Origin: Chrysomallon squamiferum
Taxonomy: Eukaryota > Animalia > Mollusca
Assembly: GCA_012295275.1 (NCBI GenBank)
Contig: CM022674.1
Location: 6,634,001-6,698,000 of the forward strand
Reading direction: 5' to 3'
DNA length: 64,000 nucleotides
This document shows positions 27,767-40,109 of this stretch, piece after piece. The notes beneath the pieces were generated by a model. That model saw only the letters and a list, made by a program, of their open reading frames with translations. It searched no databases and was not told the origin of the DNA. The translations under genes and the position numbers were made by a program. Within the stretch, counting starts at the first letter, position 1. Every line of letters starts with the position of its first letter.

Positions 27767-28906
27767 ATGAACACTCGACTTCAAGTAGAACACCCTATCA
27801 CAGAATGCATCACAGGCATTGACATAGTTCACCAGATGATCAGAATAGCTAAAGGTCATCAGCTTGCCTACAGGCAGACTGATATTCCCATAGAAGGCTG
27901 GTCACTGGAATGTAGAGTTTATGCCGAGGATCCTTTCAAGAACTTTGGTATGCCATCTGTAGGAAGACTGACTAGATATGTAGAACCATCAGCCATGCCA
28001 AATGTTCGCTGTGACAGTGGTGTGAAGGAAGGTTCTGATATAAGTATTTATTATGATCCAATGATCTGCAAGCTTGTAACATTTGGACCAAACCGACAAG
28101 AAGCCATTCACACCATGATTAATGCCCTTGATTCTTATGTTATAAAAGGTGTTACCCACAATATTCCACTGTTGCGAGACATTCTTACTGAGCCAAACTT
28201 TGTAGCAGGAGACATCAACACAAACTACCTGTCAGCAGTGTTTCCAGAAGGATTCATGGGCAAACAGCTATCACTTTCTGAGTTTAAAGAACTTGTAGCT
28301 TTGGCTGCTGCTCTGTATATCAAAGATCACCTCAGATTCTCCACATTCATAAATCAAATAAGGTTGCCAAACCATCCTGATGAGCGAAATGAATGGTCAG
28401 TCAGTGTATATGTGTTACAGAAGCAAATTCCTGCAACAATCAGACAGATAGAGAATGGTTACAAGGTTGATATTGATGGAGAAACATTGACTGTAACAGG
28501 CAAAATATGTTTTGTTTCACCAATCATGAACACTTGGGTAAATGGAGAAGAACGAATACTTCAGCTTACAAACAGAAATGGAGGGGGGCAGTATGAGCTG
28601 AGATTGTTTGGAACAGTGTTTTCAGTGAGAGTTTTTGATGATCTTGCATCAAATTTCTACAAATATATGCCAGAAAAAAAAGAACATGACAGTGGTTCAG
28701 CCATCCTTGCTCCCATGCCTGGTATTCTGAAATCCATTACTGTAGAGCCTGGACAAAAAGTTGCAGAAGGTCAGGAGGTTTGTATATTGGAGGCTATGAA
28801 GATGCAGAACAGTTTGATAGCAGCCAGAAGTGCAGTTGTTAAAAAGGTATTTTTCAAAACTGGTGACACTGTGAATGAAGAAGATTTAATAATTGAGTTT
28901 GAATGA
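27767..28906 (+). CDS. PCCA: Uninterrupted 379-aa ORF of the PCCA retrocopy: C-terminal biotin carboxylase region, BT region and biotinyl (BCCP) domain; lacks transit peptide and most of the ATP-grasp domain
   Basis: [34 protein letters not shown], RCDSG...[23 protein letters not shown], APMPG and the EAMKMQN biotinylation motif. Confidence 0.8.
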   Translation: [379 protein letters not shown]

Positions 28907-29744
28907 TTGAACAGTATTATCATCCTTCTGACATGTCTAAAAAGTAATGAAAAATATATTTTGTATCTTAAGGAAACAGAAGTAACATACAAGATTGTTG
29001 TATTGGTACCAACTAACACTGACATAACAAGCATTTACTAACATCTTTAATTTAAAAATATTATAATGATGTGTGGTAGGAAATAGATTACGGGTTTATT
29101 AATGTGATACAGGTAATTTTTATGTTGAGGATAATCTTAATATTATTCAAAAATTAAATGCAAAAAAGGGATAAAAAAGAGAGTATTTTTGCCCAGTAAT
29201 TTGAGGTATATTGAATCATTTTAGATGAAAATTAATATTCTTGCCTTGATAGTCATTAAGCTAGTTCCTGTTATCTTTATACAGTATACTGGTTATGTAT
29301 TTTCATGATGGGCATTTAAAATATTTGAATCTCTAAACAAAATTGTAATCAAGTTCATGTATAATATTCAACTTTTCTTGATGAGTTCTTTTACAATAAT
29401 TATGATTTAGCGATAAAGCACATGTCTTTATTCTAGACATATCTGTTTCATTTATATTTGGGTTATTACTATTTCATATATGCAGTGAATTTTTCTGGTG
29501 AAATTGTGGTGCGATAAGACTAAACTGCATATGATTATTATATTACAAACATTATGAATAGAGAATATAATGTATCAATTAAAATTACTTTTCTTAATTT
29601 GAGAAGTTATTTTTAAGGTGGACAAGTTTTGCAGTTATTATTTTGAAATATTGTCACATGTAAGTTTGTCTTCTGTTAATTGTGTGAATTGAATTCATGA
29701 GAGAATGACGCAGTGTCATGCTTCTGTGCAACAACTTGATCTTT

Positions 29745-30295
29745 AGTGGGTTTACAGAGAAGGATAAGGAAGACACTAGTTTATAAAAAAAATGAAATGA
29801 ATGTAGAAAACAATATTGACTTTCACAGTCTACGGAAAATTTTGACAGCATAGAGGACCTATTGTAACTAAATTTATTGTGTGTAAAGACAGAAAAATAA
29901 ATCAGCTGCACCCAAAGCACTAATAAACATATGGAGTTAATGAACATCTGAAAGAAATTGTATCCAACTACAAATCAAATAAAAGACAAAGGAGGTGAGT
30001 AACCTTAAAAGGGCAGGTTGATACAAGGAGTAGATGGGACAATTACACAACGATCAAAGACAGATCAATCTGTAGTTGGTTGTATTTTCCTTCATATCTG
30101 TAGATTTAAAGATTATGTTGAACAGGTGAAGAAGTGAAGATAGAAATATTGGGGAATATACATGTAAAGATGCTAATTTTGTTGATTACTGAAAACTGAG
30201 AATTAATATAAATAAATGCTGAACAGATCTGTTAGTGGTGTTAGGGAATATATGACATCTATTAAATGCAAAATACAAATGCTAAAAATTTCAGA
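29745..30295 (+). mobile_element. Highly decayed LINE (RTE-like) reverse transcriptase relic inside the retrocopy 3' UTR
   Basis: Ordered remnants across frames: ENNIDFHSL (29806), FDSI (29841), PKALINI (29911), IQG (~30021), FVDY (30178, FADD-like), MLNRSVSGVREY..SIKCKIQMLKIS (30216). Confidence 0.5.
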
Positions 30296-30339
30296 TCCAT
30301 GGACTACAGATAAATTCCGAACAGTAATAAAGGTGTTTG

Positions 30340-30374
<35 letters not shown>

Positions 30375-30376
<2 letters not shown>

Positions 30377-30425
30377 TTCTCGCTTAGGGTGCGAGAGGTC
30401 CCGGGTTCGAATCCCGGACGAGCCC
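30375..30425 (+). pseudogene. 5'-truncated tRNA-Pro(AGG) copy (nt 22-72)
   Basis: Starts immediately after the poly(A); lacks the first 21 nt including the A box and keeps the anticodon arm and B box. Confidence 0.93.
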
Positions 30426-30653
30426 CATGTTTTTCTTTCATATTGTTCAAGATTTGTACTTACAGAATATTGTTATTTACTTATTTGTAAAATCGTTATT
30501 TTTATCAACATTTGTTTGTTTTAAATATCCCGATTTAACTTTTGTTTTCTTCTTTTAAGAATGAGGAAATAAATTTAAATCCATTAGAGGAAGGCTGAAC
30601 TGTGTTTGCTTAAATACTCATGTTGACTTTTAAAAATATATATTCATAAGAGA
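30375..30653 (+). repeat. 279-bp direct repeat, right copy
   Basis: Identical by eye to 27319-27597. Confidence 0.95.
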
Positions 30654-30906
30654 AAATCCGAAATACTGTAATTAGCTTAACGATTGTATGTGTATCTCTG
30701 CAGTACCTAATAGCAGAGTATTCCGAAATAATAAATACACCAGCTAATTAATAATAACAAAAGAAACAACAGTATTAACAGCGTAAGTAATACATTAATA
30801 ATGATAATAATAACAATAGCTGAAAGTTCTGTAGGAACCAGTTTAAGAACAAGAAAAACGAGAATAGCTATAATTCACTGGCGTAATTAAGAGCTGGGTC
30901 AAGAAG

Positions 30907-31005
<99 letters not shown>

Positions 31006-31140
31006 ATTCCTGGATACGCCATTAAAATAACTGTTGTAGAAACTGCGGTAAAATCAATATTAGTAATAATAATAATAATGACATCAAAACCGAACTAGTG
31101 CAGTAACATCCATAATAATAAAAACAAAAATACAAACAGT

Positions 31141-31240
31141 AACAACAACATAAACATTTAAAATATTAGTAACGAAAGTACCAGCAAGAACAACAACATA
31201 AACATTTAAAATATTAGTAACGAAAGTACCAGCAAGAACA
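31141..31240. repeat. 48-bp tandem duplication
   Basis: aacaacaacataaacatttaaaatattagtaacgaaagtaccagcaag present twice in tandem. Confidence 0.9.
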
Positions 31241-31635
31241 ACAACAACAACAACAACAACAACAATAATAATAATCCACACAGATCGATGACAGTCTTTG
31301 CAGATTTTTTGCGTAGTTACCAATTGTGACGTAGAACAGAGTTTCCACGTGACAGTTTATAGTTTTGTTGTTTCTAACACGAATTCACAGCTGGCACTTT
31401 GGATACAGTAATTTACAGAGAAAACTGTAACAGTATGAAAAAGGTCTAAATTAATTAATAATAATAATAATAATAATTGTTATTATTATTATTATTGTTG
31501 TTGTTGTTGTTGTTGTTGTTGTTTTCAATGTTTCCTCTAAATTGCGCAGTCGCTGCACTGGTGCCAAGTAAAAACGTTTTAATTTATATATATCAAAAAT
31601 TTATGCTCGGTGGCTTGGAAAAATTAGGAACTTTG

Positions 31636-31679
<44 letters not shown>

Positions 31680-31975
31680 CATCATCATCATTATTATTGA
31701 TGTTAGAATCAGTCTGTTATAATGGTTAGACTGGCACATATTGGGTTCAAGTCCTTGTATTGTCTTATAACTAAGAAAATAACAAAATATTTTTCATTAC
31801 AATAATTCCATGACAAATTTGCAGCTTTTTCGGACATCCAAGGGACAAAATCAAATTTAATAGTTGAAAAATTGGTTTTATTTATTTATTTATTTATTTA
31901 TTATCAGTAATATATAATACGAAACTACGGTGTATTAACACATATCTAATTTATTCTTATTTTTAAACTTCAGGA

Positions 31976-32040
31976 ATGGAAGGTCAGAGGTTAACCAAGC
32001 AGCTTTCAAGAACGGATTCAGAAGACGCTATTGATTCTAC
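31976..32040 (+). CDS. Candidate alternative first coding exon of MLF (MEGQRLTKQLSRTDSEDAIDS-T)
   Basis: Acceptor ttttaaacttcag|31974, ATG at 31976, donor ac|gtaaat at 32041. It ends in phase 2, so it joins MLF exon 33921 in frame. Confidence 0.5.
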
Positions 32041-32056
32041 GTAAATAAATAAATAA

Positions 32057-32100
<44 letters not shown>

Positions 32101-32559
32101 ACGTCATTAAATTTTGAAATCTAACTTATAAATGTTGATCCTGCATCAGAACACAGAACGTTTTATTCTGCGCAGATTTTGTTCCTTATTATTTAATAAT
32201 TTTTATTAATTAGATGTTGTGTTTCTTTGTAATTATTCAAGTTTTTATGCTAAGATATTCATTTATTCGTTTGTATTTTATGATTAATAGAAATTAGTTT
32301 ATGTTCATAAATAAATAAATAAATAAAGCTTTTAATATAACTGTATGATGTATATTCTAATGCGCGCTCTCGTGTATGTAAACCATGTTTACACACATAC
32401 ACATTCATACGCTTTAAAATCTCTAAATTTAATATTTATTTATTATTATAACATAAAAAGATAATAAAAACAATAGATCCCCGATAATTAAAATCAAAAA
32501 GATAATAATAATAATAATAAGTAAGTAAGGAAAGTTACGTGTTTTACCGAAGATGCTTT

Positions 32560-32640
32560 GTCACGGAAATAACCATATAAGGAAAGCAATTTCGATTGGT
32601 TTAAAAGATAGTGACGCGGTACACATATATACGTGACAGA
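32560..32640 (+). promoter_or_regulatory. MLF proximal promoter: ETS site + CArG box, inverted CCAAT, CRE half-site
   Basis: CGGAAAT 32564-32570, CCATATAAGG 32573-32582, ATTGG 32595-32599, TGACG 32612-32616; about 110-190 bp upstream of the ATG. Confidence 0.5.
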
Positions 32641-32749
32641 GAGGAAATTGCTGGAAAGGTCATCACTATAGTTGCTCTACTGCAGAAGGAAAACAATTTT
32701 GTGAATTAATCATTATTTGACGAAACAAAGACTGAAATAATTTGCTAAG

Positions 32750-35378
32750 ATGCTTGGAAGATCATTTTTCAGAGAATTCGAGGATGATCCATTCTTTGCG
32801 TAAGTCAAATGGAAGCTTGTTCTGTTTTCTAACCTGAGTTTTTTATGAACGGAAGCAGCGTTAAGTGTGTAAATACGAAATGGCAGAAATGAGGGGAAAT
32901 AGTCACTATAGTGTAGATTGAGTAGATTTCATAAATTTATACAAGTGTTTATTTTTAGAATCTGGAGTTTTACTTTAGCATTTTCTGATTATTGGAGTAT
33001 ATCTGTTTCACTGAAGGATCAGTCATTATTAAAATTAAGATACTGATCATATTTTAACGTTCAGTGGCTGATAATGATATTTAATCATTTATAAAAATTG
33101 TAATTTTTATCATATAGTATTAGTAACCATTGATAACGATAGTGATAGTATTACTAGTGATACTACTAGAATGGTTAATCGTGGATTTGTTCAATGACAT
33201 AAGCATTATATTTAGTTACATGAATACAAGTAATAATGAATGAAATAAATAACATTGCCATGATTGCCGAACATAAAAACTAAGTTCAAGTTGTATATAT
33301 AATATAGATTTAAAGACATTGATAATAATAATAATTATATATAAATTAAATTACGCCTTTCATAACACTGATAATAATTTTTGATTCTAAATAATTAAAA
33401 ACAGTTTTTCGTGAAAGAGTTTACTGAAATAACTAAGTATTTACCGTATTATTAGAGGAAATGAAAATTTAATTTAATTTTTTATTTTTGGTGGAATTCT
33501 GTTGGTAATTGGGATATCTTGTATACTTACAAATTTGTATTATTATAATCATTTCTTTTTCTTTTCTTTCTTTATTTTCTTTATTTATTTAAATATTTAT
33601 ATTTATGTTTTTTTTTTTTCTATGCTTCTAAAATATGTTATCTCAGTGCTCATTGTTACCTAGTAAATATTCCTGTTCAACATTCAAATAATTGACAGAT
33701 TATACCCAATAATTATCCAAAAGATAGTTATATAATACTTTATTGGTAAGAAGTCTGCTAAAAGCTTTATTGTGTGTTTTTATAAATGTATTGCTTCAGT
33801 TGGTCTGTTTTAGTGTCTAAGTTTGTAGATGTAACTTTTATATGAAATATTCTTTTTATACTAAATAGATTTTTATTTTTACATTTTTACATATATATAT
33901 ATATATTTTTTTTTTTATAGCAATCACAATCGTCAAATGCAGCATATGCATAACATGATGCTGGATCCATTTGGAATGGCTAACAACATGCTTGGGTTTG
34001 GTGATCCTGGTCGGCGCCCTCAGAATGAAGAGAGACAGGTTGCTACGCGAAACAGACGACCCATGGATCCATTCGGCAGCTTGTTTGAAAACATGTTCAT
34101 GAATACCAGAAGAATGATGGATGACATGCATCGTGCATTTGTAAGAATAAAACATTTCGTTTAATTTCTCTAAAGCAAAAACGATATAAAAAAATAATAA
34201 TAATAATAAAATTAAAAGAAAATTAACGAAAGTTTGAAAATAATTTTCAGGATTGCCCAAATAAAGATGGATGATATGAATAATTTCTGTCTATAAGAAT
34301 ATGACTTTTAGATTTGTATTATTTTTTTCTTATAGTAAAGACTAAATAATAATAACATAATTGTAAGATTTTTTTAGAATAAAGAATTTTAACAAATTGT
34401 TCCTCGACCACAAGTGAATCTTGTGGCTCATGCAGTTGTTTGACCTGGTTGAACACGTCCTCATCTCCAATGAGATATATATATATGGGGAAAAAAAACA
34501 CACATACAAATCCTATAAATCATTTACATGCACTTGTTCATACAGAGACACACAACCTGGACATAAATAATATTTCCTTTGTGGTTTCAGGAACAAGTGG
34601 AGACTGCTACTCATAATGAAGGAAATGCTCATGTCTACTCACAGTCTTCATTTATGTCGTACTCGAACACAAACAGTGGTCCACCCAGGGTCTTCCAGGC
34701 ATCAACCTCTACCAGACAGGCTCCTGGGGGCATCAAAGAGGTCCGAAAAGCGGTGCGCGACTCTGAGAGTGGTGTTGAGAAGATGGCGATCGGTCATCAT
34801 ATTGGTGAACGTGGTCATCTAATCGAACGATCTCGCAATCGCCGAACCGGTGATGCTGCGGAAAATCAAGAGTTCATTAATCTCGAAGAAGGTAGATTTT
34901 AAAGAATTTATTATTATTATTATTATTATTAGATCAAGGTTGGCTAAGTAACTCAGTTGTAACCAAAAAAACCTCCCTCTTGGCAGGATTTGCTGAGGTG
35001 ATAGTCACATTAAATGGTCAATACATGATTCAGTCTGTCAGTGTCCCACTTTACAACTAAATAAATATACGTATTGCTACTGTTTCTTTGTTTTATTGTC
35101 TTGATACTGTTTGCAAATTCCTTGTAATAAACCAACATATTAAACTAATATTTGTTTTGTTGCACATTCGTGTCATCGTTAATTTGGGTGTGTTTTATTT
35201 TTCAGAGGAGGCTCGCACCTTTGACCGTGAGTGGCAGGAAAAGACACATCGGCTAACCAGGGGGGGTCTAGAACACGGACGAGCACGGCACAACCCTCTA
35301 GCTGGCCAGAGGCGGTCAACTCCGGCCATCTTAGAGCGACAGAGAAATACAAGTACTAACCACCGAGACCGTGAATAA
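32750..35378 (+). CDS. MLF: Myeloid leukemia factor (MLF1/MLF2 family), 4 coding exons
   Basis: Exons 32750-32799 (MLGRSFFREFEDDPFF), 33921-34140, 34591-34891 (YSQSSFMSYS...FQASTSTRQAPGGIKEVRKAVRDSESGVEKMAIGHHIGERGHLIERSRNRRTGDAAENQEFINLEE), 35206-35378 (EARTFDREWQ); GT-AG and in phase. Confidence 0.93.
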
Positions 35379-38300
35379 ATGATTAGGTACGTGTAATTTG
35401 CAAAGCTTTTTTTTTTTCATCACACTATTGCAAAAATTAGAATAAAATGTTAGATAAATCTCTGTAATTTATAAAAATTTTGTCTTTTTATAATCAGAAA
35501 CATTTTTGAAATAGAGAAAAACATGTTTCTTCATAAAACTAAATATTTAGATGAAATAACTGCATTATTATCTGAACATGTAACAAAATATTAATTATTG
35601 TACAAAATAATGCACAAAAAATAGATTGCAATCTTAAAATAGAATATTATTTTAAATTTTTTTTTTTTTTATATCAAATATTATTTCAGTTTGCAACATG
35701 AAGAGTTTGAAAGCTGTGAAAACATGGATTAAACTGATGAAATAATTCTGATGATAAACTGGATTTCTAATTTCTTTCTGTTGATAAAAGCTGTCGACAC
35801 TAAGCTACCAATACAGACTTGTCTGTGATTACTTTCATCTTAATTAATGATTCACTTCTTCAGCACAAACTGTACAATATTTTCCAAAACAGGATTAATA
35901 AAAGTGATTTAGATTTCGTTTTCAATATGGATGTGATTTGAAAACATTGCATACATCTTCAGTTAGGAGTTTGTGTGTGTAAGTAAACTGTTTCCAGTCA
36001 TCAGAAGTTTTGGGTTTAATTTAATTTTAAAACTTATTATTATTTTTTTTATTATTATTATTATTATATATATATATATTTTATTTATCTTTCATCTCCA
36101 ATTAAAACATGTGGAAGATTTGATAGTGATAAACAGCTTTACATCACTAAATTATTTTTGTCATTTTTTCTTCTTTTTTTAATATTATTTAATATTTTTA
36201 TTTATAATGGTTAACTGCAAATGCAAAAAAAAAAGAAAGAAAAAAAGTTTAGATCATAAGAATAATTTTGTGCATTTTTTACCTCAAATTTAAAATGTCA
36301 GTGGACATACTAAATGTTAAAAACAAAAAACTCAAATTTTATTGTCTTACATTAAGTTATTATAAAATTTAAATTGACATAAAGTGCTAATAATATATTA
36401 TTCTTAATTTCATTTATTTATTTGTTTATTTATTTTATTTTATTTGTTTATTTTTTGTTTTGTTTCTTACTTTCTGTTTAAGGTTTGGGAATAATATTTT
36501 TTTTTTAAATTCTTCATTAAGTATGTGTAAATGTGATATGATACAAAAGAGAAATGTAACAGCGAAATTTCCGGTTTTCTTTCACATATTACAAAGTGAA
36601 GTTTCGATTTATGTAATTTACTTTGAGAGTGACGCAGTTTAGTTATGTGTGTATATATATATATAGACTTGCAACAGTCTTTTGTTGTAGTTTATATTTT
36701 GATCAAGTTAGACTGTCTACAGTCTTAAGTGTAACTAAGTCATCTAAATTTTAATATTATTTTTTTATTTATTTCTGATTAATTTGTCTTTAAATGGTTC
36801 GTAAGAGAGGAGAGAAGAGTTGTTTACACTAAAAAAATTTTTTTTTTTTTTTAGCTTATTTAGATATTTCTTTCTTTATTAACTTTATTTATCTACAGGA
36901 GGTACAGTTTCTTAAAATAATTATCTTTTTTCTATATTCATACATTTTTTATAATTTAGTGAATGGTATAATATTTGTTAAGGTTACAAACTTCGTATGA
37001 ATTGAAACTGCCTAGATTTACTTTGTTTACATTATAATATAAATGGCCCATACTGTATTTATAATTGTGTAATGATACCCATGTGTTCTATCATATTTTA
37101 TTACATGGGAATTGTTTTCTAAATGGATTTTCTTTCAGAAAACTGCCATGTGCCTTCAAACATCTCAGTAATAATAATAAAAGTACTTTTTAAAAAAAAA
37201 AACATTTGGTAAATTATATATATATTTACCACCTTTAAAGTTATTCTATCAATGCTGCTGCTAGTACTACAGTTACTGCTACTGCTGTTATCATCATCAC
37301 CTCCACTACTATTATTAATTTTAAACTTTTAAAAGTAATATAATTATTTTGGAAAAATTATGCAAAAAAGTTACTCAAATTAAGTTTTGATTAAAAGAAA
37401 GTATTTGATAAAGATACAGTATAGTTTAAAACATGTTAATAAAAAAAATGAAAATATATCATTATTGACCAGTGCTGCAAAATTCTTGTAGCCATAAACA
37501 CGAGTGAAAAGTGAAATTTGCAGTAAAGATTTGCAGAACATGTAACTTAAAATAGTTTTGGTTAAAAAGACAAAATCGTTCTGAATTTTTCTCTCACAAG
37601 CTTTATACTTCATGGCATAAACATCTCAACAGATTTATTATTTTATTACTATTATTATTACTATTATTTATTTATTTATTTATTTATTTTAATTTTTTGT
37701 CATGTATAAAATATAACTTTTTGGTGTGTTCTCAATGATTCGATGATTGAAATACAACATTATTTAAGCATTTTATACAAATATGTCACTAGATTTAGTA
37801 TACGGTACTTTAAATTGTTAGTACCTCCTGTGGAATACATTTTATACAATATCTTTGTAGTGTGTAGTTTAAAATGTTTGTATTTAATATATGTATGTAT
37901 GCATATATATTTACAGGTATTGGATCATTTCTGTATTTTGATACCTGTAGATCATGTTTTATCTTCATTATATCCTGCATCATTTTGAATACAGTATGAA
38001 TGTTTAAAATGACATTTTGGTTTTTTCATTAATATTTTAATTAATATGTTGTGGGAATCATGATTATAGACATACATGTGTGTATAACAATTTGTAGTTA
38101 GAGAATTAAAATTTGTTAAAAACTGATTATTGATACTGTGAATTGGTGAAGATGGCAGACACAAAATTTAACAAAACTGATTATTGATTATGAAACAAAA
38201 ATGGTGAAAATTACGTTTTTTAAAAGTTAAAGATGTTTACAGATAGAATTTTTTTTTTTTTTTTTTTTATTAATGCAAAAATACTTGAGAGTATGAAAAT

Positions 38301-40033
38301 CCAGTAAATGTATTGAAACCATAACATTTTTTGAAGTTTATGCTAAATAATACAGCAGCTTTTAATTTGTATGTAAGTTGCTCTAAAATTAACATCAGCT
38401 GTTTAGATATTTGAGAGTTTGGTTGTAATTTGAAAGGTTCCATCTTGAAAGTGTTTGCCTTGATTCAGATTTGTTTGTGGATATCTGATAAACCAGAGTA
38501 AAAAATTTATTATCAGAAAATACTAATTTACCAAATAGTAGATATTGTTGAACATTTAAAGGAGAATATTCACAAAATTTCACATTCCAAAATGAGTTGG
38601 TTTAAGAAGAATGCTTAGAAACAAGAAATATTTATTGCATAAAAGGGTACATTAAAATTAATTTAGTTTTGAAAATAATTGTAAATTCTTAAAGTAACTA
38701 GTAGCAGGGAAGGAAAAGAGCAAAGGAACATATATTTATCTGGATAGTTTTAGGCTTTGTAGGTTAAAATACAAAAACATTATTACATTAGTATATAAAT
38801 ATACAGTATATGTCTGAATATGTTACATACATGTATGTCATATTTTAAAATCATTTGTCAAGATACTGCTTCAATATTTACCGTCCCAGTTTTGTACAAT
38901 CATCAAAATTAACTCTTTTTTTTTTCACTTTTTAATTTATTATTATTATTATTTTTTTAATGAATACCGAAATCAGCATTTGTTTTGAAGCAGCAGTTAA
39001 ACATGCAAAAATACATGGTTCCTACACAATGTTTCTTTTTTGAAAAAAAAAAAGAAGAAAATAAACAAGGGGTTTGAAATACAAATTAATGTCTGATACA
39101 TGACAAATTTCATTTTAGTTGTATTAAAAAGCACTTTGAGAGACAGTAAGTAATTACATATTAGTTGTTTTATTGTGGTGTACAAATTAATAGCACAAAG
39201 CTGTATGTGTTTGTTGACAAATTTCAAACCCTGTCAAGTTTAGATTTATGTTTAATTATTGTTATTATTGCAGGATATATACATTTGTATGTAAATAATA
39301 GGTTGTCTGGTGCAGGGTAGATTTAATGTGTGTAAGCAAAATAAAATAAAAAGTCCATGAAGCAGCCTTTTATTGCAAACTGCCAAATTTTCTTAATATT
39401 CTGAAACAGTGTTCATAATTTGATACATGTCCAAGTTCTGTGGGTCATTTATCTAAGCTTCTGAAATCTCTAAATCATATTACATAAATCAGAAATTTAT
39501 GGATTCATATAAATCTAAATATCTGAAATGTGTATATATATATATCTGAAACAGTATTCAAATTTTGATATCTGAGGAAATATGTATGTATTTCTTCTTT
39601 CTTTCTTTTTTTTCACTTGAATTTAATTTTGTTATTGACCTGAAATTCTAAATTTTAAAATTGGAAAGTTGTGTAACTAAAAAAAAAAAAAAAAAAGGAA
39701 AAAGAAAAAAAAAAAGATTACTAAATTCATGCAGCTTACAAACATTGAACAACTACCAACATAAAAATTAATTAAATTTCATTCAGTGCCTCAGTTTCTT
39801 TTTACAGCAAGTTTCGAATTTTTTGTTTATTTCTGCTTGGTAAAAAGATTGAGATCTATTTCCTTTCAGCTGGCTTTGTGGTGATGGATGTGTTTATACA
39901 TTTACATGTTGGATTATTTACATACAGATTGGAAATTGTCTAAACTGTGATAATCATGTAATTGCCAACATAATATTAACTACACAATTTAGGATTGGTC
40001 AATAAAGCAGTTTTTGTCAGTATTATGGTTTTG

Positions 40034-40109
<76 letters not shown>

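Larger units (their letters stand above)
27716..30374 (+). pseudogene. PCCA: 5'-truncated processed retrocopy of propionyl-CoA carboxylase alpha mRNA (coding 3' half + 1.4-kb 3' UTR + poly(A))
   Basis: Homology starts abruptly at [27 protein letters not shown] (27716). No introns, stop at 28906, AATAAA at 30326-30331, A31 tract at 30344-30374, flanked by 279-bp direct repeats. Confidence 0.9.

Noticed and set aside
27767-28906. PCCA as the native gene's last exon, or a bacterial transfer
   Set aside because: No upstream PCCA exons and no acceptor at the homology start; there is a genomic poly(A) tail and flanking duplication, and the sequence motifs are animal PCCA-like.
30216-30524. 102-aa ORF spanning the poly(A) and the tRNA stub
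   Set aside because: Chimera of RT relic, poly-Lys from the A tract and tRNA sequence; not a plausible gene.
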